From Pristiophorus japonicus (taxonomy: Eukaryota), in assembly GCF_044704955.1 (NCBI RefSeq), contig NC_092006.1, positions 2,046,001 to 2,110,000 of the forward strand: a stretch of DNA of 64,000 bases, read 5' to 3'. Shown piece after piece: positions 24,801 through 36,800 of the stretch; within the stretch, counting starts at the first letter, position 1; the number at the start of each line of letters is the position of its first letter. The position numbers and the translations under genes are program-made. The notes beneath the pieces were generated by a model that was not told the DNA's origin, ran no database searches, and worked only from the letters and a program-made list of their open reading frames with translations.

Positions 24801-27800
24801 TCACTAAAACAGATGATCTGGGTCATTATCACATTGCTGTGTGTGGGAGCTTGCTGTGCACAAATTGGCTGCCGCGTTTCCCACATTACAACAGTGACTA
24901 CACGCCACAAAAAGTACTTCATTGGCTGTAAAGCACTTTGGGAGATACTGAGATTGTGAAAGGCGCTATCGAAATGCAAATCTTTCCTCTTTATGTGTAG
25001 CAGAAGAGATGACCACTCTGGGCCTTGAAAGACAATTCCTTTCGAAGGTTCCGTCCCACCCATCTCCTGAACCGATTGGCCACAACTGGAAAGCAGCGAA
25101 CCCTATTTACTTTCTGTTGCGTTTTCCCAGGTTGATGAGGGAGCATCAAAGACTGCCCAAGAGTCATGGACAACCTTCCTGAAGGCTCGATTAATCTGCG
25201 GCTTCCCAACTGAATTGAGACTTTTCAACAAGATCGAAGATGCCTTTGTCCTCCTGGTAGAAGATGACCCGAGGGGCAGTATCGTGTACGGGATCTTCTC
25301 CAGCTTGTGGTGAGCGCAACCCTCTGGGGGAAGGCAGGAGTTTGTCGGGTTTCGGGATGGTAGACCCCAGTCCATGTTTTGTGATTAACCATCCATTCCG
25401 CTCGCCTTGGTCAAGTCCAGTCCATCCTTGTGACCCATGCTGTCTCCCATCTTTCTCTTTATTCATTCACGGGATGTGGCAAGGCTGGCATTTATTGCCC
25501 CTCGAGAAGGTGGTGGTGAGCCGCCTTCTTGAACCGCTGCAGTCCGTGTGGTGAAGGTGCTCCCACAGTGCTGTTAGGGAGGGAGTTCCAGGATTGTGAC
25601 CCAGCGACGATGAAGGAACGGCCGATATATTTCCCAGTCGGGATGGTGTGTGACTGGGAGGGGAACGTGGAGGTGGTGATGTTCCCATGCGCCTGCTGCC
25701 CTTGTCGTTCTAGGTGGTAGAGGTGGCGGGTTTTGGAGGTGCTGCCGAAAGATACCAGTGCAGCTGCAAAATAAGCCGTTGTGTGCACAGTGAGATCGCA
25801 CAAACACCAATGGTGCAAATGGACATTTAGCCAACTTAGCTGACTAGCTGATACTCTTTCCTGCAGGAACTCCACTGCAATCTGTGCCTATTCACAAGTG
25901 GACATCGACCGGGCATTTAAAACCTCCAGACTGAAGGGTTACACCGGCAACCTGGCGGGGAACCAGAGACCAGGAACGGTAAGGCAGTGTTTTGTCTCGA
26001 GTTTGTCCCCGCTCTCCCCGGGGCTCAGCTGGGGAATTGACAACTGAGCTGGACTGATCTCGGGTTCAACCTCCAGTCTGTGCTGGGCAAGGGGATCGTT
26101 GCTGGGGTGGTGGTCGGTATCTCCGGGGGTGGGGGCGGTGAACATCGGAATAGGAGGAGGCCCATTCAGCCCCTCGAGGCTGTTACACAGGAACAGGAGG
26201 AGGCCCATTCAGCCCCTCGAGCCTGTTACACAGCAACAGGAGGAGGCCCATTCAGCCCCTCGAGGCTGTTACACAGGAACAGGAGGAGGCCCATTCAGCC
26301 CCTCGAGCCTGTTACACAGGAACAGGAGGAGGCCCATTCAGCCCCTCGAGCCTGTTACACAGGAACAGGAGGAGGCCCATTCAGCCCCTCGAGGCTGTTA
26401 CACAGGAACAGGAGGTGGCCCATTCAGCCCCTCGAGCCTGTTACACAGGAACAGGAGGAGGCCCATTCAGCCCCTCGAGCCTGTTACACAGGAACAGGAG
26501 GAGGCCCATTCAGCCCCTCGAAACTGTTACACAGGAACAGGAGGAGGCTATTCAGCCCCTCGAGCCTGGTACACAGGAACAGGAGGCCCATTCAGCCCCT
26601 TGAGCCTGTTCCGCCATTCAATGAGATCACAGGGGTAGTCAATACTGAGGAGGACTGCAACAAATGACAGGACATTAATAAATTTGCAGAATGGGCATAT
26701 AATTGGCAAATTAAGTTCAACACAGATATATGTGAGGTGTTATACTTTGGGAGGAAGAATAGGGAGGTCACTAATTACTGGGAGGGTGTGAGTCTATGTG
26801 GGGTAGCGGAACAAAGGGATCTCGGATACAAATACACAAATCACTAAAAGTTGCGACACTGGTTAGCAAGGCCGTAAAAAAGCAAACCAGGAACTAGGGT
26901 TTATTTCTAGAGGGATAGGATTGAAAAGTAGGGAAGTTATGCTGAACCTGTATTGAACCTTGGTTGGACCACACTTGGAGCACTGCATACAGTTCTAGTC
27001 GCCATATTATAAAAAGGATATAGAGGCACTGGAGAGGGTGCAGAGAAGATTTATTTACGAGGATGATACCAGAAATGCGAGGGTATATATATCAGGAAAG
27101 GATGAACAGGCTGGGTCTCTTTTCTTGAAAAGAGGAGGCTGAGAGGTGACCTAATATAGAGGTTTTAAAATGATGAAAGGTTTTGATAGAGTGGATACAG
27201 AGAGAATGTTTCCACTTGTGGGGAAGAGCATAACTAGAGGCCATCAATATAAGATAGTCACCCAGAAATCCAATGGGGAATTCAGGAAAAACTTCTTTAC
27301 CCAGAGAGTGGTGAGAATGTGGAACTCGCTGCCACAGGGAGGGGTTGAGGCGAATAGTATCGATGCGTTTAAGGGGAGGCTGAATAAACACATGAGGGAG
27401 AAGGGAATAGAGAGTTATGCTGATAGAGTTAGATGGGGAAAGACGGGAGGAGGCTCGAGTGGAGCATAAACGCCGGCATGGACTGGTTGGGCCGAACGGC
27501 CGGTTTCTGTGCCGTATATCCAATGGCTGATCTGCGACCTAGCTCCATATACCTGCCTTTGCCCCATATGCCTTAATGCCTTTAGTTAACAGAAAGCTAT
27601 CAATCTCAGATTTAAAATTGATTGACCCAGCATCGATTGCCGTTTGCGGGAGAGCGTTCCAAACCTCTACCGCCCGGTGTGTGTAGAAATGTTTCCTAAC
27701 TTCACTTCTGAAAGGTCTGGCTCTAATGTTTACACTCTGCCCCCTGGTCCGAGACTCCCCAACCAGCGGGAATAGTCTCTCTATCTGTACCCCTTAATAT

Positions 27801-30800
27801 CCTGAAAACCTCAATCAAATCACTCCGTAACCGTCTAAATTCCAGGGAATACAACCCAAGTTTGTGCAATTTCCCCTTGTAATTTAATCCTGGGGGAGGG
27901 AGAGAGGGAACCAGTTGGGGTTCCTGCTTCTCATGAGTAACCAGTGGTCCTTGCTGGAAATGAGGGGTTGGTATGTTAGCCTAGTGGTTTATGGTAGTGC
28001 ACTAATCAACCCAAAGGCCATCGCTTCCATAGAAACATAGAAAATAGGTGCAGTAGGCCATTCGGCCCTTCGAGCCTGCACCACCATTCAATATGATCAT
28101 GGCTGATCATTCCCTCCATACCCCTTGATCCCTTTAGCCGCAAGGGCCATATCGAACTCCCTTTTGAATATATCCAACGAATTGGCCTCAACAACTTTCT
28201 GCGGTAGAGAATTCCACAGGTTCACAATTCTCTGAGTGAAGAAGTTTCTCCTCATCTCGGTCCTAAATGGCTTACCCCTGATCCTTAGACTGTGACCCCT
28301 GGTTCTGGAACTCCCCAGCAACGGGAACATTCTTCCTGCATCTAACCTGTCCAATCCCATCAGAATTTTATATGCTTCTATGAGATCCCCTTTCATCCTT
28401 CTAAATTCCAGTGAGTATAAGCTCTAGTCAATCCAGTCTTTCTTCATATGTCAGTCCTGCCATCCCGGGAATCAGTCTGGTGAACCTTCGCTGCACTCCC
28501 TCAATAGCAAGAACGTCCTTCCTCAGATTAGGAGACCAAAACTGAACACAATATTCCAGGTGAGGCCTCACCAAGGCCCTGTACAACTGCAGTAAGACCT
28601 CCCTGCTCCTATACTCAAATCCCCTCGCTATGAAGGCCAACATACCATTTGCCATCTTCAGCGCCTGCTGTACCTGCATGCCAACTTTCAATGACTGATG
28701 TACCATGACACCCAGGTCTCGTTGCACCTCCCCTTTTCCTAATCTGTTACCATTCAGATAATAATCTGCCTTCTTGTTTTTGCCACCAAAGTGGATAACC
28801 TCACATTTATCCACATTATACTGCATCTGCCCATTGGCACAATCTCACTATGGCAAGTAGTAACAGTTCAGATCAATAGTAGAGACCCATTCAAGGGGTA
28901 TTTTCACCCACACGGGCCACCTATGTAAATAATTGATCCCCGGGAGTTGTGATCGAAATCGGAAAACGGGGAACAGGGATGCTCACGGCCTCGTACGTGT
29001 CATAAATGCTACTGATTGTCTTCCATTCCCACAGTGTACTACCGGCAACGTGCCGAAAAATGTGCTGTCGGCAATCAGGAACCACCCAGAGATTGAGGAC
29101 CCCATCTACCCCATCAAGAGGCACCCTCTCTATGTCATGAAACACAGTAGCTACACAAGGATCACTGCCGACAGAGTCAAGGGTGCCAGCCAGAACTTCT
29201 ACCAGGTCTTGTTCCTGGGCACAGGTTCGTTACGTGCTCTGTGGGTGGGGTATGTAACAGGGAGGTGGGGTATCGGCTCTATGGATGGGGTTTGTAACAG
29301 GGAGGTGGGGTATTGGCTCTGTGGGTGGGGTTTGTAACAGGGAGGTGGGGTATTGGCTCTGTGGGTGGGGTTTGTAACAGGGAGGTGGGGTATTGGCTCT
29401 GGGTGGGGTATGTAACAGGGAGGTGGGGTATCGGCTCTATGGGTGGGGTATGTAACAGGGAGGTGGGGTATTGGCTCTGGGTGAGATATGTAACAGGGAG
29501 GTGGGGTATTGGCTCTGAGTGGGGTATGTAACAGGGAGGTGGGGTATTGGCTCTGTGGGTGGGGTTTGTAACAGGGAGGTGGGGTATTGGCTCTGGGTGG
29601 GGTATGTAACAGGGAGGTGGGGTATTGGCTCTGGGTGGGGTATGTAACAGGGAGGTGGGGTATTGGCTCTGGATGGGGTATGTAACAGGGAGGTGGGGTA
29701 TTGGCTCTATGGGTGAGATATGTAACAGGGAGGTGGGGTATTGGCTCTGGGTGAGGTATGTAACAGGGAGGTGGGGTATTGGCTCTGAGTGGGGTATGTA
29801 ACAGGGAGGTGGGGTATTAGCTCTGTGGGTGAGATATGTAACAGGGAGGTGGGGTATTGGCTCTGAGTGGGGTAAGTAACAGGGAGGTAGGGTATTGGCT
29901 CTGTGTGTGGGGTATGTAACAGGGAGGTGGGGTATCGGCTCTGGGTGTGGGGTATGTAACAGGGAGGTGGGGTATTGGTTCTGTGGGTGGGGTATGTAAC
30001 AGGGAGATGGGGTATCGGCTCTGGGTGGGGTATGTAATAGGGAGGTGGGGTATTGGCTCTGGGTGGGGTATGTAACAGGGAGGTGGGGTATTGGCTCTGA
30101 GTGGGGTATGTAACAGGGAGGTGGGGTATTGGCTCTGTGGGTGGGGTTTGTAACAGGGAGGTGGGGTATTGGCTCTGGGTGGGGTATGTAACAGGGAGGT
30201 GGAGTATTGGCTCTGGGTGGGGTATGTAACAGGGAGATGGGGTATTGGCTCTATGGGTGAGATATGTAACAGGGAGGTGGGGTATTAGCTCTGTGGGTGA
30301 GATATGTAACAGGGAGGTGGGGTATTGGCTCTGAGTGGGGTAAGTAACAGGGAGGTAGGGTATTGGCTCTGTGTGTGGGGTATGTAACAGGGAGGTGGGG
30401 TATCGGCTCTGGGTGTGGGGTATGTAACAGGGAGGTGGGGTATTGGTTCTGTGGGTGGGGTATGTAACAGGGAGATGGGGTATCGGCTCTGGGTGGGGTA
30501 TGTAATAGGGAGGTGGGGTATTGGCTCTGGGTGGGGTATGTAACAGGGAGGTGGGGTATTGGCTCGGTGGGTGGGGTATGTAAAAGGGAGGTGGGGTATC
30601 GGCTCTGGGTGGGGTATGTAACAGGGAGGTGGGGTATTGGTTCTGTGGGTGGGGTATGTAACAAGGAGGTGGGGTATTGGTTCTGTGGGTGGGGTATGTA
30701 ACAAGGAGGTGGGGTATCGGCTCTGTGGGTGAGATATGTAACCGGGAGGTGGGGTATTGGCTCTGGGTGTAGGGTATGTAACAGGGAGGTGGGGTATCGG

Positions 30801-33800
30801 CTCTGGGTGTGGGGTATGTAACAGGGAGGTGGGGTATCGGCTCTAGGTGTGGGGTATGTAACAGGGAGGTGGGGTATCGGCTCTAGGTGTGGGGTATGTA
30901 ACAGGGAGGTGGGGTATTGGCTCTGGGTGAGATATGTAACCGGGAGGTCGGGTATTGGCTCTGGGTGGGGTATGTAACCGGGAGGTGGGCTATATGTTTT
31001 GCGGGTGTGTATGTTCTCAAGTGTTACTTCTTCTTGAAGGAAATGGGAAGATCCATAAAGTTCTGCACAGTAATGGCAAATCCTTCATCATTGCCGAGCT
31101 CAGCCCCTTTAAGGCCGAAGCTCCCATCTCGGTCATGACTCTGGACTCAAGCAAGGTAATATTCGGATAAGGGCGTCGCGGCCCCGGGGCTTCGGTGGGC
31201 GAGGTGGGACTGAGCCCCACACACGGGCCCGAGTTAGGGGGTGTTGAGTTAAGCCTCCTCGGCCGGGGAGGCCACAGGGGGAAGCTGCAACTGGCCTCGG
31301 GGTATCTGGGCTGGGGAAAGGACTCCTGCTGTTGGTTGCTATCCAGCGACTCCTTCAGGACAGTGAATGAGTGCATGGCAGGATCAGAAGAATTAGGAGC
31401 AGGAGTCGGCCATTCGGCCCCTCGAGCCTGCTCCGCCATTCAATGAGATCATGGCTGATCTTCTACCTCAACTCCACTTTCCCGCCCGATCCCCATATCC
31501 CTCGATTCCCTTAATAACCAACAATCTATCGATCTCAGCCTTGAATACACTCAACGACTAAGCCTCCACAGCCCTCTGGGGCAGAGAATTCCAAAGATTT
31601 ACCACCCTCTGAGTGAAGAAATTCCTCCTCATCTCAGTCCTCAATGGCCGACCCCTTATCCTGAGACTGTGTGACCCCTGGTTCTAGACTCCCCAGCCCG
31701 GGGGAAACACCCTCCCTGCATCTACCCTGTCAATCCCTGTAAGAATGTTGTATGTTTCAATGAGATCACCTCTCATTCTTCTAAACTCCAGAGAATATCG
31801 GCCCAGTCTGCTCAATCTCTCCTCATAGGACAATCCCCCCCATCCCAGGAATCAGTCTGGTGAACCTTTGTTGCACTCCCTTTGTGGCAAGTATATCCTT
31901 CCTTAGGTAAGGAGACTCAAACTGTGCACAATACTCCAGGTGTGGTCTCACCAGGGCCCGATATAATCGCAGTAAGGCGTCTTTACTCTTATACTCAAAT
32001 CTTCTTGTAATAAAGGCCAACAGGCCATTTGCTTTCTTAATTGCTTGCTGTACCTGCATGTTAACTTTCAGTGGTTCGTGTACAAGGACACCCAGGTCCC
32101 TCTGAACACCGACATTTCACAATCTCTCACCGTTTAAGATGTGATTGATCTCGAGGCTCAGCAGTGATGCCTCTCATGGCCAAACACCCTGCTGCCTCGC
32201 AGTCTAAATTCACTTGGGTGACCTACTGTAGGGGAGTCGCTGGAGTATATGGCCAGTGCAAGGAGGGATAGGGATAGGGAAATTGGAAAACAATCTCTTG
32301 TATTATTAAAATCAACATGTGTGTGTGTGTGTGTACCGCGCACACACTCCCTGTTGTCACAATTTGGGTCCTTTTCCGTCGACATTTAACACTGAAGTTC
32401 CCACCCTCCTGAGATTTCTGCTCTCCTCTAATCCTGGCCTCCTGCCCATCCCCCGATTTCCATCGCTCCACCATCGGTGGCCGTGCCTTTAGCTGCCTGG
32501 GCCCCAAGCTCCGGAACTCCCTCCCTAAACCTCTCCACCTCTTTCTCCTCCTTTAAGACGCTCCTTAAAACCGACCTCGCTCTTGGTCACCTGTCCGTAA
32601 TATCTCCCCGTGTGGCTCGGTGTCAAATTATGTTTGATAACGCGCCTTGGGACGTGTTACTACGTTAAAGAGACTGTATAAAAGCGAGTTATGATGTATC
32701 CGGTTAGAATGGAAAATTTGCATGTAAACAGTCGATGGTAACAATGTAGTTGCAGGATCTGAACACTAGAGGCACTATAGAGAGAGCTTTTGAAGTCTCT
32801 CTGCTGGGCAGGCCCTCCTTCCTGTACTTCACCCTCCTAGTTTGTCATGGATGAGCCTAAATAGAGCATGTCGGAAAGCTAGTTAGCCACCGGGGTATTG
32901 GAGCTTAACCCTATCCTGCCCTCACCTGGGACATTTCACGGTGTTAAAGGCGCTATATAAACGCAGGTTGTTGTTGCTGGTGCTGGCGACCTGGTACGCG
33001 GGACGCCAAGTGCTGACTCTGGACGGACCGATTCATTTCAGGGCCACCTGTTTGTGGGAACCTCGCGGGAGACCGTCCGACTACCACTGGCAGACTGCGA
33101 GGCCTACGGGAGCAGCTGTAAGCAGTGTGTTGCTGCCCGAGACCCCTACTGCGGATGGGACAGGGCCAGTGGGAAGTGCGTGGCCATCCCCTGGGACCTG
33201 AATGTCAGCAACAGGTAGGCCTCAATCAGCAGGCCCCGTTTGCAACGCGTTTTTGGCCAACCTCACCCGACTGCTTCCACTGCCCCCCTCGCCGTCTCAC
33301 GTTCAGCTGTCTCGGTTACTGTCTCGGTTATTTTTTCTATTGCTCCAACTGTTGAACATCCCTCATTATAATCGCTTAACCATCGCTGGCCTTAAGCTCC
33401 GGAATTCCCTCCCGAAACCTCTCGACCTCTCTCTCCTCCTTAAAACCACCTCTTTAAACAAGCCTTTGGCCACGTGCCTTTCTTCTTTTGTGGTTCGGTG
33501 TCAAATTTATCTGTTTGTCTGTAGCACTGCTGTGAAGCGCCTTGGGACGTTTTATTATGTTAAAGGCACTATATAAATAAGTTTTTATTATTATCGAAAA
33601 GAACCATCTTTCGTCCTGTTGCCTCATGATTGGACAAATCCCAGATCACAAATCTTTTAGCACTGGCAGTTAGAGAGCTATGTGCAGATTAACGGCATCA
33701 AGAACTTCACCTTTACTTCTGTCCGCAAAGCTCCATGAAGCCAACAAGAAGTCCATGGAGGTTAACGCTCGGACACTCCGGTTATACCGGCCCTGGGAGT

Positions 33801-36800
33801 GTTTGATGGGACAGTGTAGAGGGAGCTTTACACTCTGTATCTAAGCCCGTGCTGTACCTGCCCTGGGAGTGTTTGATGGGACAGTGTAGAGGGAGCTTTA
33901 CTCTGTATCTAACCCCCTGTACCTGCCCTGGGAGTGTTTGATGGGACAGTGTAGAGGGAGCTTTACTCTGTATCTAACCCCCTGTACCTGCCCTGGGAGT
34001 GTTTGATGGGACAGTATAGAGGGAGCTTTACACTCTGTATCTAAGCCCGTGCTGTACCTGCCCTGGGAGTGTTTGATGGGACAGTGTAGAGGGAGCTTTA
34101 CTCTGTATCTAACCCCCTGTACCTGCCCTGGGAGTGTTTGATGGGACAGTGTAGAGGGAGCTTTACTCTGTATCTAACCCCGTGCTGTACCTGCCCTGGG
34201 AGTGTTTGATGGGACAGTGTAGAGGGAGCTTTACTCTGTATCTAACCCCATGCTGTACCTGCCCTGGGAGTGTTTGATGGGACAGTGTAGAGGGAGCTTT
34301 ACTCTGTATCTAACCCCATGCTGTACCTGCCCTGGGAGTGTTTGATGGGACGGTGTAAAATATAAGAAATAGGAGCAGGAGTCGGCCATACGGCCCCTCG
34401 AGCCTGCTCCGCCATTTAATACGATCATGGCTGATCTAATCATGGACTCAGCTCCACTTCCCCGCCCGCTCCCCATAACCCATTATCGGTTAAGAAACTG
34501 TCTATTTCTGTCTTAAATTTATTCAATGACCCAGCTTCCACAGCTCTCTGAGGCAGCGAATTCCACAGATTTACAACCCTCAGAGAAGAAATTCCTCCTG
34601 ACCTCAGTTTTAAATGGGCGGCCCCTTATTCTAAGATCATGCTCTCGAGTTCTAGTCTCCCCCATCAGTGGAAACATCCTCTCTGCATCCACCTTGTCAA
34701 GCCCCCTTATAATCTTATACGCTTCGATAAGATCACCTCTCATTCTTCTGAATTCCAATGAGTAGAGGCCCAACCTACTCAACCTTTCCTCATAAGTCAA
34801 CCCCCTCATCCCCGAAATCAACCTTCTCTGAATTGCCTTCAAAGCAATTATATCCTTTCGTAAATATGGAAACCAAAACTGCACGCAGTATTCCAGGTGT
34901 GGCCTCACCAATACCCTGTATAACTGTAGCAAGACTTCCCTGCTTTTATACTCCATCCCCTTTGCAATAAAGGCCAAGATTCCATTGGCCTTCCTGATCA
35001 CTTGCTGTACCTGCATAATGTCCTTTTGTGTTTCATGCACAAGTACCCCCAGGTCCCGCTGTACTGCAGCACTTTACTCTGTATCTAACCCCGTGTTATC
35101 CCTGCCCTGGGAGTTATTCGGGGTGGGGGAGAGGGGAGCACACCTCAATGAGTACAGAACTTAACCCCACCTGAAAAAAACAAGACAAACTTCAATAATA
35201 TGCCAAATGTTCTGATTTAATTTGTTATCAGCGATGGCTGGTTACTCAATGTGCTGTGAAGATATCATCATCAGAGGCAGTCCCTCTGAATCGAAGAAGA
35301 CTTGCTTCCACTCTAACAATGAGTCCTTAGGTGGCTGAACAGTCCAATACGAGAGCCACAGTCCCTGTCACAGGTGGGACAGACAGTGGTTGAGGGAAGG
35401 GGAGGGTGGGACTGGTTTGCCGCACGCTCCTTCCGCTGCCTGCGCTTGGTTTCTGCATGCTCTCGGCGACGAGACTCCAATGGCTCAGCGCCCTCCCGGA
35501 TGCACTTCCTCCACTTAGGGCGGACTGGTCTTTGGCCAGGGACTCCCAGGTGTCGGTGGGGATGTTGCACTTTATCAGGGAGGCTTCGAGGGTGTCCTTG
35601 TAATGTTTCCTCTGCCCATTTTGGCTCGTTTGCCGTGAAGGAGTTCCGAGTAGAGCGCTTACTTTGGGAGTCTCGTGTCTGGGGCATGCGGACAATGTGG
35701 CCCGCCCAGCGGAGCTGATCGAGTGTGGTCAGTGCTTCGATGCTGGGGATGTTGGTCTGGTTGTATTGCAGGACTGAACAGGCTACAGGTCATTCACTGT
35801 GTGTTTTGTTCCCATTGCAGTACGATCGTCCAGAACGTTGAGCAGCTCAATGTCTCCATCTGTGACGGCTCCTCAGGTAACACCCGCCTCAGCTTTCGAC
35901 CCTGGCCCAGGAAACACGGCTTACATCAGCCCCGTGCCAACCGCTGGTGGTCTTTCCTTTTCCCAACTCGCTGTCTCTCCTGTTGGTGCCGACATTGGCT
36001 GCCATACAGTGCCACCCTCACCCGCCTGGCCATTTCTCAGGTGTGGGCGTTGGCGATGAGTGTCCACGGGCTATTCAGCTGTGAGGGGCATTACAACCAA
36101 GCACCAGCTGTCTTTACAGACCTGCCCTTTCCAGTCAGACAGCGATCTGCAGAGGGGCCCCGGCTGATTTATGTCATTCCCTAACCCATGGGGTCACAGG
36201 GCTCATTGCACAGAATCATAGCTTTACTCTGTATCTAACCCCGTGCTGTACCTGCCCTGGGAGTGTTTGATGGGACAGTGTAGAGGGAGCTTTACTCTGT
36301 ATCTAACCCCGTGCTGTACCTGCCCTGGGAGTGTTTGATGGGACAGTGTAGAGGGAGCTTTACTCTGTATCTAACCCCGTGCTGTACCTGCCCTGGGAGT
36401 GTTTGATGGGACAGTGTAGAGGGAGCTTTACTCTGTATCTAACCCCGTGCTGTACCTGCCCTGGGAGTGTTTGATGGGACAGTGTAGAGGGAACTTTACT
36501 CTGTATCTAACCCTGTGCTGTACCTGCCCTGGGAGTGTTTGATGGGGTTAGTGGGTGCAACAATTCTCCTCCCAATAAAGGTGGAATATTCTCGTTCGCA
36601 TATGCAGGAATGTTTGCCGTGCCTGGGTACTGATAGACGAACTGGTGGTTGGCGGTGAGGCCGGGGATAGGGAGCCCACTGGAATGTGTCGGAAAGAAGT
36701 TCAGTAACTTTCTCTGCTTTTCCCCCGGCCTCAGATGTCGTGGTGTTCAGCGAACGGCCCAAGGAGTTGAGCATTAACTCTGGCGCCTACCTGTACCTGC

